A stretch of 64,000 nt of DNA from Eubacteriales bacterium (GTDB lineage Bacteria; Bacillota; Clostridia; Christensenellales; UBA1750): NCBI GenBank assembly GCA_031548365.1, contig JAVBRD010000019.1, positions 84,511-148,510 of the forward strand. Reading direction: 5' to 3'. The stretch's first letter is position 1, and the number at the start of each line of letters is the position of its first letter. Of this stretch, positions 20,744 through 29,670 are shown piece by piece. The notes beneath the pieces are model-generated. The model was not told the DNA's origin, did no database searches, and saw only the letters and a list, made by a program, of their open reading frames with translations. Position numbers and translations under genes: made by a program.

Positions 20744-21406
20744 TTACTCTTTGGGCAGCCGCGAATTGTCGCCCGCGGCCTCTACGCACTCCGCGAGCGT
20801 ACCGAACACGGGCGCGCCGGTCAGCTCAAGACGCGACCGAGGCTGATGCCCCAACGTGTGGAGCGCGCAGCGGCAGCCGCACGCGGAAGCGACCTCCGCA
20901 TCGTGCGCGGTGTCGCCAATGAGCAGGACGTCGCCGGGACGCAAACCCGATCGCTTAAGCCAATCGGCGATGAGCGTTTGCTTGCTGTTGGCGTAAATGT
21001 CGGAGATGCCGAGTACGGCTTCCATACCGGCGAGCGCGGGAAAGCGGGCGACCTGCGCTTTGAGGTGATCGTCGCGCGAAGCGGAGAGGATGACCTGCCG
21101 CATGCCGCGCGAACGCGCGAGCGCGACGGCGTCCGCCGCGCCGGGATTCAGAACGCTGGAAACGCTGGTTTGAGCGTAGAGCGCGATGAACTCGGCGGCC
21201 ACGTCCTGCCAATCGTGGACTGTGAAATCAAAACCGATCCGCTCGTAGTATGCTTTCACGGGAAAAGTAAACACTTCGTGGTATTTTTCAAGCGTGAGGG
21301 GCGGCAAGGCGTAGCGCGTCAAGAGCGCGTTGATGGCTCCGAGCGCGGCGGTCACGTCCCCGAAAAGCGTGCCGTTCCAGTCCCAGATGATCGCGGACGC
21401 GCTCAT
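20744..21406 (-). CDS. HAD-superfamily hydrolase (subfamily IA-like)
   Basis: Motif I IWDWNGTL and motif IV LLIGDTAHDAE. Confidence 0.8.
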   Translation of the reverse strand: MSASAIIWDWNGTLFGDVTAALGAINALLTRYALPPLTLEKYHEVFTFPVKAYYERIGFDFTVHDWQDVAAEFIALYAQTSVSSVLNPGAADAVALARSRGMRQVILSASRDDHLKAQVARFPALAGMEAVLGISDIYANSKQTLIADWLKRSGLRPGDVLLIGDTAHDAEVASACGCRCALHTLGHQPRSRLELTGAPVFGTLAECVEAAGDNSRLPKE

Positions 21407-22809
21407 TTGTCCGCCTCGGCCGCCTGAGCGGCCTCAAACAGGGTTGGACGATAGTGCTTTTTCCACGACATGGAATACACGCGGATGGCGAAGAAAATCC
21501 CGCGCGCCACCCAGTCCGCCACCATGGAGAGCCAAACGCCCATCACGTTCATGTTCAGGTAAACACCAAGGAACCACGAACCGAACACGCGGAGCACAAA
21601 CATGCTGGTGAGCGAAACCCACATCGTGTAGCCCGCGTCTCCTGTCGCGCGCAGCGCGCTCGGCGTAACGAAGGAGGGCGGCCAGAAAATGGCGGTGGTG
21701 CCCAGCATGAGCAGCATCAGGCCCGTGGTGTAACTCACGGTCTGCGGATCCTGAGTAAACAATCCGATGAGCGGGCTCAGCATGATAAAGAAGACCGCGG
21801 TCATGGCAAGATCGGCGACGCACGAGTACAGCGTCTGCCGGATCATGGTGCTGCGCGTGTGGAGCATGTCTCCCGTGCCGAACGCGCGCCCCGTGGCGGG
21901 GACAGCTGTTACGCTGTAGACTCGCCCCGGAAACTGGAGGAAGGACGTGAGCACGTTGGCGATGGAATCGGCGGCGAGCGCAGCCGTCCCCATACCCGAC
22001 ATAAAGACTTTCACAAAGATTTTACCGCCGTTGAACATCAGGGTGTCCGCAGCGGATGGCAGTGAAATGCTCAGCATGGGCTTGAGGCGCTTAAACGAGA
22101 GCCGCGGGCTCAGCCGCGGCAGGACGACCCGGTTGGGCCTCGTGAACACAAACCAGCCCACCACGCAAGCGGCGCCCGCCCGCGAGACCATCAGCCCCCA
22201 GCCGATACCCGCCACGTCCATGTGAAGCCCGTGGATGCACACAAGCGCGACCGCGACATACAGAATGTTGGACGCGAGCGAGCCCAGCAGCGGGGAAAAA
22301 TTGTCCCCTTCACCGCGGCGGATGCCGGAGAGCACGGAAAACGCCGACAAAAGCGGGAGCGATCCCATGGAATACATCATGAATTCCTGCGCGTTATGGA
22401 TGACCTCGCGCTCCGCGCCGCCGAACATAAACTCAAGCAAGGGGCGCGAGAACGCCACCATGGGCACCGCAAGCAGGATCCCCACATAGAAGGAGAGCAC
22501 GAGCGACTGCGAGGCCATCTCCCCCGCCTCATGCGGAGAGCCGCGCCCCACCGCCTGCGCGACCAGCGCGGTCACGCCCAGCGCGATGTTCGTGGCGATG
22601 TTCATGAACAAAAAGTTGAGCGAGTCCACCAGTCCCACACCGGCGATGGCCGCCTGGCCAACGCCCGCGATGAGGAACGTGCCCAGCATGCTCGCGAGCG
22701 TCGCAAGCGCCTGCTCGGCAAACACAGGCACGGTTTTGCGCGCTCCGGGCGAAGCGACGGCATACACCAGCCTGTCCCTGATGCGGAGCACGAGCGGACG
22801 CTCGTTCAT
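21403..22809 (-). CDS. MATE family efflux transporter
   Basis: Twelve predicted TM helices with the typical MATE duplication. I placed the start at the internal MNERPL, directly after the stop of the upstream MFS gene. Confidence 0.8.
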   Translation of the reverse strand: MNERPLVLRIRDRLVYAVASPGARKTVPVFAEQALATLASMLGTFLIAGVGQAAIAGVGLVDSLNFLFMNIATNIALGVTALVAQAVGRGSPHEAGEMASQSLVLSFYVGILLAVPMVAFSRPLLEFMFGGAEREVIHNAQEFMMYSMGSLPLLSAFSVLSGIRRGEGDNFSPLLGSLASNILYVAVALVCIHGLHMDVAGIGWGLMVSRAGAACVVGWFVFTRPNRVVLPRLSPRLSFKRLKPMLSISLPSAADTLMFNGGKIFVKVFMSGMGTAALAADSIANVLTSFLQFPGRVYSVTAVPATGRAFGTGDMLHTRSTMIRQTLYSCVADLAMTAVFFIMLSPLIGLFTQDPQTVSYTTGLMLLMLGTTAIFWPPSFVTPSALRATGDAGYTMWVSLTSMFVLRVFGSWFLGVYLNMNVMGVWLSMVADWVARGIFFAIRVYSMSWKKHYRPTLFEAAQAAEADK

Positions 22810-24056
22810 GTTGGCGTCCTTCCTTCCCCGCCTTCGTTCGGGACCACGGCAACGAGCGCGCCGCAGGCCAGAAACAGGGCGATGTTGAGCACGAACGGCA
22901 AAACGCGCGACACCTCGGAGAGCCATCCCGCGATGGTGCCAAAGGGCGTTGTCGCCGCGATGATGAGCACGGTGATCGCGGCAACGACGCGCGAACGCTC
23001 CTCGTGATCGGCCACGATGGCGAGCAGCGCGTCCTTGCGCGGCATGAGAAGGGCGTGGCCGAAGGCGCTCAGGCCCACGTAGATCATGAGCGCCGGATAC
23101 CCGCGCACGGGCGAGAAGATGAGCACGATCTGCGCCAGGACAAAGAGCGCGATGCCCACGATCATGGGCGCTTTGAGCGAGCGGATACGGTGCTGCACAA
23201 GGAACATGACTGCCAGCATGATGCCCGCGCGCAGCATGGGGAAGTAAGCCAGCATCGCTTCCGGCACGCCCAGGTTGCGGGTGGCGTAGATGGCGAAGAA
23301 CGTGTCCGTGACCATGGAGGTGATCTGAAGGACGATCAGTATCCCGAGCGTGATCATGATGGGCCTGGATCTGAGAATGTGCGCCAGCACGTCCTTATAC
23401 CCGCCGAACATCGCCACGACGCTCACACCGCGCGTCTGCGCCATGCGAAGCCGCCCGCGCGGGGTCTCGGTTGAGCAAAAATACAGGATGACGAACTTGG
23501 CGGTCATCATCACAAACGAAATCATGTACAAAACGCGCATCGCGGGCACGACGCCCATGCGCGCGACCAGAAGGCTTGACAGCGGCGCGAAAAACACCGC
23601 GAGCAGACCGGAAATGCTCACCCACGTGTACATGCTCACCAGCTTTTGCTGGTCGGCTTCCTCCACCAGCAGGGAGTTCCACGAGTTGCACGTCACTTGC
23701 CAAAGGCTGTTGAGCGACGCCGCCGCCGCGAACCACCACACGTTTTGCGCGAACGCCCAAATCAGGCAAGGCAGCGACCACGAAATCAAGTCGAACACGA
23801 TCGTGGCCATGCGGCGGCCCATCTTGTCAGTCACGACCCCGCCGAACAGCGAGGCAAACACCTGAAAAAACAGGCCGACGGAAAGCAATATGCCGATTCG
23901 CGCGTCCGAAAGCCCCAACGCCTGCATGTAAACCGCCGCGAACGGGATATACAAATTGTAGGGGATCCCCCAGAGCGGCTCTGTATAAACGCACGCGCGC
24001 GGGTTTCCTTTCAGCTCGATCAGGTCGCGCATCAGGGGATGGCCGGTTAAGCGCAT
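22806..24056 (-). CDS. MFS transporter (possibly glycoside/cation symporter-like)
   Basis: Twelve TM helices and the MFS-type loop GGVVTDKMGRRM. Confidence 0.75.
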   Translation of the reverse strand: MRLTGHPLMRDLIELKGNPRACVYTEPLWGIPYNLYIPFAAVYMQALGLSDARIGILLSVGLFFQVFASLFGGVVTDKMGRRMATIVFDLISWSLPCLIWAFAQNVWWFAAAASLNSLWQVTCNSWNSLLVEEADQQKLVSMYTWVSISGLLAVFFAPLSSLLVARMGVVPAMRVLYMISFVMMTAKFVILYFCSTETPRGRLRMAQTRGVSVVAMFGGYKDVLAHILRSRPIMITLGILIVLQITSMVTDTFFAIYATRNLGVPEAMLAYFPMLRAGIMLAVMFLVQHRIRSLKAPMIVGIALFVLAQIVLIFSPVRGYPALMIYVGLSAFGHALLMPRKDALLAIVADHEERSRVVAAITVLIIAATTPFGTIAGWLSEVSRVLPFVLNIALFLACGALVAVVPNEGGEGRTPT

Positions 24057-24126
24057 GGGGTCCCTCCTGCTTTATGGCTTGCTTCTATGGCGCTCGCGAA
24101 ATCCTGCATTGCTCACGCAATGAACT

Positions 24127-24654
24127 TCAAACGGATATACCCGATCGCCTCGACCGAATATCAAACAAAAGCGCGATCAGCGACACGTGGTACGGCACGA
24201 ACAAACCTTCGCGGATCATCCGTAGGATGTCCTCGCGCGACGCCCACGCAACGCGGCTGACCTCTTCGGCTTGCAGCACAAGGCTCTTTACGTCCAAATC
24301 GGCCTCAAGCAGGTAGATGTCGTCGAACCCGTGCTCAAAATTGAGCGTGAGGTGCGGCCTAGCCGCGCCCAAATCGACCGAATAGCCGATCTCCTCGCGC
24401 GTTTCCCGCGCCGCCGCCGCCTGACTCATCTCGCCCGAGACCGCGCTCCCGCCCGCCGAGAGATCCCAGTATCCGGGCCAACCTCGCTTACCGGCTTGCC
24501 GTTTTTGAATGAGCATCTCGCCATTTGAATTGAAAATGCAAACGTGAACAATTAGGTGGTACTCGCCTTCGAGCAGCACGCGGGTGAAGTCGCCGCGCCG
24601 GATGGTCTTGCCGGTTTTCGCTCGGTTGACATCGTATACATCCCAGAGTTCCAT
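24127..24654 (-). CDS. NUDIX hydrolase
   Basis: Nudix box GGSAVSGEMSQAAAARETREEIG. Confidence 0.85.
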   Translation of the reverse strand: MELWDVYDVNRAKTGKTIRRGDFTRVLLEGEYHLIVHVCIFNSNGEMLIQKRQAGKRGWPGYWDLSAGGSAVSGEMSQAAAARETREEIGYSVDLGAARPHLTLNFEHGFDDIYLLEADLDVKSLVLQAEEVSRVAWASREDILRMIREGLFVPYHVSLIALLFDIRSRRSGISV

Positions 24655-24692
24655 GTCGGCGCTTCCCCACTTTCCTTGTTTTCAGCGCGGCG

Positions 24693-24848
24693 CTACAGCC
24701 CGAACGCGTCCTTGATCGCCTTCGCGACCTCCTCGGGCGATTTGCTTGTGTTGTTGATGCGGAGGGTGTTCGGGCGGCCGATTTCGCCCTCGCGCGAGTT
24801 CAGGCGATACCTGCTTTCGGCGTTCCTGGAAGGGTTTGAATGCATTGC
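24693..24848 (-). pseudogene. 50-aa ORF resembling the C-terminal tail of a P-loop nucleotide/sugar kinase (gene remnant)
   Basis: The translation MHSNPSRNAESRYRLNSREGEIGRPNTLRINNTSKSPEEVAKAIKDAFGL ends like shikimate/gluconate/cytidylate-type kinases (..SPEEVAxxIxxAF). There is no Walker A, and no upstream in-frame extension carries protein-like sequence. Confidence 0.35.
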
Positions 24849-24878
24849 CGCCCTCCCCCTGAGCTTCGCCGCTCATTT

Positions 24879-25346
24879 TCACTTGTGGTATTTCTCCCCC
24901 GCGTTGATTTTGCACGCGCGGTAGATCTGCTCCAGCAGCAGCACGCGCGCGAAGCCGTGCGTGAGCGTCATGCGGGAGAGCGAGACGCGGTGCGACGCGC
25001 GCGACAATACCTCGGCGGACAGCCCGTTTGACCCGCCGATGACGAACACGACGCGCTTCTCCGACCCAAACCACGCGTCCAATTTCTCTGCGAGCGCCTC
25101 CGACGTGAGCATGTCTCCCGCGATTTCTAGCGTGATCACCAGATCGTCGGGCCGGATTTGCTTTAAGAGCGCCTCCCCCTCCAGCTTGAGTGCGCGTGGC
25201 GCGCCCAGCTCGTCGGGCTGGTCGGCGACCTCAAGGACAGACACCTGACAGTACCGCGAGAGCCGCTTGACATACTCCGCGCACGCGTCGCGCAGAAAAG
25301 GCTCGCTCAAGCGGCCTACGCACGCGGCCGCAACCCTTTTGGGCAT
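24879..25346 (-). CDS. rlmH: 23S rRNA (pseudouridine1915-N3)-methyltransferase RlmH (SPOUT family)
   Basis: 155 aa, full-length similarity to RlmH (YVKRLSRYC..LEV..VVFVIGGSNGLS..THGFARVLLLEQIYRA..INAGEKYHK). Confidence 0.9.
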   Translation of the reverse strand: MPKRVAAACVGRLSEPFLRDACAEYVKRLSRYCQVSVLEVADQPDELGAPRALKLEGEALLKQIRPDDLVITLEIAGDMLTSEALAEKLDAWFGSEKRVVFVIGGSNGLSAEVLSRASHRVSLSRMTLTHGFARVLLLEQIYRACKINAGEKYHK

Positions 25347-25349
25347 GCG

Positions 25350-26348
25350 CTACACGCCCGTCGGGAGCAGGCCGAACGACTGCATGGTCATCACAACGTA
25401 AATCGCGGCCGAAACCAAGAGGCCGAGGGCGTAAGGCGTCCACGCGTACCAGCGCGCTTTGGATGGGGCATCGTCCTCAAATTCCCGCGAGACAGGCGTT
25501 TCACACGCCGTTTCTTTTTTTCTAAGCATGCGGTAGATCACAAGAAGCCCCGCGAACAGCGCGCCAAGCGCCACAAACGCAACCGCGACCGACGCCGCCT
25601 GAAACGCGGCCGAATTGACCAGCGCGTCCATCTCCGCGATGCCCGTTACAATCGTGTCCGCGTGCGCCGCGCCCTGCTCGCCCATCATGCTCGCCGCGAA
25701 AGCGGCCACCGCCATGCTCACGGCGTTGTGCGTGAAATGATAGAGGATGGGCACCCACAGGCTCTTTGAAATCACATACAGGTACGCGAGCACCATCCCG
25801 AGCAGCACATGCACCGGGAGCGCGACGAGCTGCCCATGCATCATCCCGAACACGAGGCCCGAAAATACGATGGCGAAAACCTTGCCCTTGTGCTCGAGCG
25901 CCGGCTCAACGCAGCCGCGAAACATCATCTCCTCAAACAGCGCGGGGATGAGCGCGACGACGAAGAAGCTGACAAAAAGCGCCGCCGGGCTTTCAGGGAT
26001 GGGTATGTTCTGGGCGAGGTTGAAATCGCCCAAGCTGTCCAGCAGCATGGCCATGAGCGCGGTGAGCATGTTGAAGGCGAGCATGCCCACCGCGGCCAAA
26101 GGGATGATCATGAGGGAAGAGCGCCCCGGCGCGCAAAGCCGCAGCCCGCGCCGCTTGGCAAAGCACGCCTGATAGACAAGCGCGGGCACGCCAACCGCGA
26201 CCGCGGTCGCCACGGTGGCGAACAAATTGAAAAATTCCCCGACCCCGCCCGCGACAAGGTACATCAGGCCGCCCAACACCTGCATCAGCACAAGCACGGT
26301 AAAATACGCGATGCCTGAATAAAGCACGCGCCGTGTCGTCAAATTCAC
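25350..26348 (-). CDS. CPBP family intramembrane metalloprotease (CAAX protease / Abi-like)
   Basis: Multi-TM protein with the motifs EEMMFRG, FGMMHG and FTHNAV (EExxxR, FxxxH, HxxxN). Confidence 0.8.
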   Translation of the reverse strand: MNLTTRRVLYSGIAYFTVLVLMQVLGGLMYLVAGGVGEFFNLFATVATAVAVGVPALVYQACFAKRRGLRLCAPGRSSLMIIPLAAVGMLAFNMLTALMAMLLDSLGDFNLAQNIPIPESPAALFVSFFVVALIPALFEEMMFRGCVEPALEHKGKVFAIVFSGLVFGMMHGQLVALPVHVLLGMVLAYLYVISKSLWVPILYHFTHNAVSMAVAAFAASMMGEQGAAHADTIVTGIAEMDALVNSAAFQAASVAVAFVALGALFAGLLVIYRMLRKKETACETPVSREFEDDAPSKARWYAWTPYALGLLVSAAIYVVMTMQSFGLLPTGV

Positions 26349-26539
26349 ACGCTCATCCCCCTGACATAGTCAGCTCAGTGTACCCCATTTGGCTCCGTGT
26401 GCCAATCCTTTTTTCAATATCGCCGGGTGTTCCATACGCCGCGCGGGAAGTGTTCACAAATAATTCAAGAAAAGATGCGCATTCTTTGCTATACTTGCAG
26501 TTATGAATCGGACCGGCAAACGACAAGGGAGGACTATGG

Positions 26540-27484
26540 ATGATCGAGATCCAAAACGTCACAAAGCGTTATGGAGACAAATTCGCGGTCAAAGACGTGT
26601 CGTTCACCATTAAAAAGGGTGAAATCCTCGGGTTTCTGGGGCGAAACGGCGCGGGCAAGACCACGACGATGAACATCGTCACGGGGTACATCTCAGCTTC
26701 CGAGGGGAGCGTCAAGCTGGACGGCTTCGACATCCTGACCGATCCGCGCGAAGTCAAGCGCCGCATCGGCTACCTGCCTGAACAGCCGCCGCTTTATCTG
26801 GACATGACCGTCAGCGATTACCTCCACTTCGTGTGCGACATCAAGGATGTGCGCAAAAAGAGCCAGAAAGCGCACATCGACGATATTTGCGAGCACGTCA
26901 GAATCACGGACATGCGCAAGCGCATGATCAAGAACCTCTCAAAAGGATACAAGCAGCGCGTGGGCCTTGCGCAGGCGCTGGTGGGGAACCCCGACGTCAT
27001 CATCATGGACGAGCCGACCGTCGGCCTGGACCCCAAGCAGATCATCGAGATCAGAAGGCTGATCAAGCAGTTGGGCGAGCACCACACGGTTGTTCTCTCC
27101 AGCCACATCCTGACCGAAGTCGCCGACGTATGCGAACGCGTGGTCATCATCAACCGCGGCGAGATCGTGGCGCAAGACTCGCTGGAGCGCCTAACGCACG
27201 GCATCGGCGACGCGGCGCGCATGACGGTGCGCGTGGCAGGGCCGGAAGCGCCCGTGCTCAAGCTCATCCGTTCGCTCGAGGGCGCGAAGTACGTCGAAAC
27301 CATCGGGGTCAAGGAATCCGACACGATCGATATACTCATTGAGACGGACAAAGACGCGGACATCCGGCGTCAGTTGTTCAGCGGGCTTGCCGGACAAGGC
27401 TGGCCGCTCCTCATGCTCAAGCCCATGGACATCACGCTCGAGGACATCTTCCTCAAACTCACCGCGGAAAAGGAGGGCATTTAA
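26540..27484 (+). CDS. ABC transporter ATP-binding protein (ABC-2 subfamily)
   Basis: Walker A GRNGAGKTT, signature LSKGYKQRVGLAQAL, Walker B IIMDEPTVGLD. Confidence 0.9.
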   Translation: MIEIQNVTKRYGDKFAVKDVSFTIKKGEILGFLGRNGAGKTTTMNIVTGYISASEGSVKLDGFDILTDPREVKRRIGYLPEQPPLYLDMTVSDYLHFVCDIKDVRKKSQKAHIDDICEHVRITDMRKRMIKNLSKGYKQRVGLAQALVGNPDVIIMDEPTVGLDPKQIIEIRRLIKQLGEHHTVVLSSHILTEVADVCERVVIINRGEIVAQDSLERLTHGIGDAARMTVRVAGPEAPVLKLIRSLEGAKYVETIGVKESDTIDILIETDKDADIRRQLFSGLAGQGWPLLMLKPMDITLEDIFLKLTAEKEGI

Positions 27485-27487
27485 CAG

Positions 27488-28201
27488 ATGCTGGCCGTAT
27501 TGCGCAGGGAGATCAAAAACTATTTCACGACGCCCATCGGTTATGTATATCTGGGCATGTTCCTCGTTCTGAGCGGCATCTTCTTCTTTTTGACCAACAT
27601 CATGGGCTCGACCAGCTCCTTGAGCGGCATGATGAGCACGATGTCCTTCCTGTTCATCTTCATGGCGCCCATTCTGACCATGCGTCTTTTCTCCGAGGAA
27701 CGGAAAAACAAGTCCGATCAGCTCCTGCTCACGTCCCCGCTCTCGCTCTGGGGCATCGTGTGCGGCAAGTTTTTCGCGGCGGCTTTCATGTTCCTGCTCT
27801 CTTTGGCCGCCACGTTTGTGTATGTCCTGATCATTATTGTGCTCGGCAAGCCCGTGTGGGGCGAGTTGTTGACGAACTACCTCGGCTTTTTCCTCTTTGG
27901 CGCGTGCTTCATCGCCGTGGACGCGTTTCTTTCCGCCACGACGGAAAACCAGGTCGTCGCGGCCATCGCGGCGTTCGGGGTCAACATCGGTATCTATCTA
28001 TTGGAGTCCATCATTCCCGTCATCAACATCCCGCTCCTGCCGTTTTTGCCCACCGTGCTCCAGTGGCTCTCGGTCTACACGCGGTACTCAAGCTATAATT
28101 CGGGCATCCTGAGCTTGTCGGCCAACCTGTACATGCTCTCGTTTGTCTTCGTGTTCATTCTTCTGACCGTGCGGACGATTGATCGCCGCCGTTGGAGCTA
28201 A
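27488..28201 (+). CDS. ABC-2 family transporter permease
   Basis: Six TM helices, about 237 aa, 4 nt after the ATPase gene. Confidence 0.8.
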   Translation: MLAVLRREIKNYFTTPIGYVYLGMFLVLSGIFFFLTNIMGSTSSLSGMMSTMSFLFIFMAPILTMRLFSEERKNKSDQLLLTSPLSLWGIVCGKFFAAAFMFLLSLAATFVYVLIIIVLGKPVWGELLTNYLGFFLFGACFIAVDAFLSATTENQVVAAIAAFGVNIGIYLLESIIPVINIPLLPFLPTVLQWLSVYTRYSSYNSGILSLSANLYMLSFVFVFILLTVRTIDRRRWS

Positions 28202-28215
28202 GGGGAGGACTGCAA

Positions 28216-29670
28216 ATGAAAAACTTTTTTAGGAAAATCGCCTCCAACCGCAGGCTCCGTATGGGCGCGATGTCCACGGTGATCGTGTGCCTTTGCGTCG
28301 CGGTCATCGTGCTTCTCAACGTCGCGGTCACCGCGCTTGAGGCCAACTGGAACCTGCGCTACGACGTAACCAGCAACAAAATGTACTCCATCGGCGATCA
28401 GACAAAGGACATCCTAAAAAACCTTTCAAAGGACGTCAAGATCACGACCGTCTTTCAGGAGGGCGCGGAAAACAAGCTGATCGAGGAAATGCTCGGCAAG
28501 TACAAGCAGCACTCCGACAAGCTGCACATCGAGAACATCGACCCCATCCGCAACCCACGCGCGGTCGACAGGTTCAAAACCGACGAGACGACCGCTATCT
28601 CCGCCGGTTCGGTCATCATCTCCAACATGGAAGAGACGAAGTCGCGCGTGCTCGACGCGTACTCGTTCTACGAAACGACAATGGACGAGCAAACCTTCCA
28701 GACGCAGACCACCGGCTATAAAGGGGAGCAGACGCTCACCAACGCCATCGTCTACATCGTCTCGGAAAACACCCCTGTCATTCATTTCCTTGAAGGGCAT
28801 CAGGAGTCCGACATGTTCGCGTTTTCATCGTACAGAACATACTTTGAATCGCTCAACTTCACGGTGTCCTCGCTCAACCTGATCCTCAATGAGAACACGC
28901 TCAAGAAGGGCGACATCCTCGTCATCGCCGGGCCCAAGACCGATATGACCGAGGCCGAGTATGAAAAGGTCAAGAACTTCATGTACGACGGCGGCAACAT
29001 CATCTTCATGGCCGACGGCGGCATGCCTTCCTTGCCCAACTTCGAGGCGCTGCTCGCGCTGCTGGACATCAAGCTCGGTCACGACATCGTCTACGAGCTT
29101 TCCGAAAATGACCGCTACATGGAACCGATCTACCCGATTCCGAGGGCTCAGTCGCACGACATCACCACTGTTTTGAGCTACAACAATCTGCCCGCGGTGT
29201 TCCTTAACTCGGCGAGCTTCATCCTGCCGCAGATCGAGAAGAACAACGTCAAGATTGAAAAGCTGTTCATGTCCTCGGACAAGGCCGTGGGCAAGACCAA
29301 CTTCCAGTCGACAACACAGGAGTTTGAAGAAGGCGACCTCAAGGGCCCGCTCGCGCTTGGCCTCGCAGTTACCAACCACAATTTCAACGACGAGAGCAAG
29401 AACGCCAAGATCGCGCTGTTTGGCTCGGTAAACGCGTTCACGCAGGCCTACGAAATCCAAGGCAACATGGCCACGCTGGTGTACACCGCCGCGTGGATGC
29501 AAAACAACAAGGACGCGCTTGTCATCGCGCCCAAATCGTTCTCAACGCCCATCCTCGCGGTGCAGAGCGAGCTTCAGCTCAACCTGTTGTTCCTGCTGAC
29601 CGTTGTGGCCATTCCGGGCATTGTCATCGCTGCGGGCATCATCGTGTTCCTGAGAAGGAGGCACCTGTAA
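28216..29670 (+). CDS. GldG-like ABC-transporter auxiliary protein (ABC-type uncharacterised transport system, periplasmic component)
   Basis: N-terminal TM, a large extracytoplasmic domain and a C-terminal TM. Its position after an ABC-2 ATPase and permease is classic. I placed the start at MKNFFRK after a GGGGAGG RBS. Confidence 0.7.
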   Translation: MKNFFRKIASNRRLRMGAMSTVIVCLCVAVIVLLNVAVTALEANWNLRYDVTSNKMYSIGDQTKDILKNLSKDVKITTVFQEGAENKLIEEMLGKYKQHSDKLHIENIDPIRNPRAVDRFKTDETTAISAGSVIISNMEETKSRVLDAYSFYETTMDEQTFQTQTTGYKGEQTLTNAIVYIVSENTPVIHFLEGHQESDMFAFSSYRTYFESLNFTVSSLNLILNENTLKKGDILVIAGPKTDMTEAEYEKVKNFMYDGGNIIFMADGGMPSLPNFEALLALLDIKLGHDIVYELSENDRYMEPIYPIPRAQSHDITTVLSYNNLPAVFLNSASFILPQIEKNNVKIEKLFMSSDKAVGKTNFQSTTQEFEEGDLKGPLALGLAVTNHNFNDESKNAKIALFGSVNAFTQAYEIQGNMATLVYTAAWMQNNKDALVIAPKSFSTPILAVQSELQLNLLFLLTVVAIPGIVIAAGIIVFLRRRHL

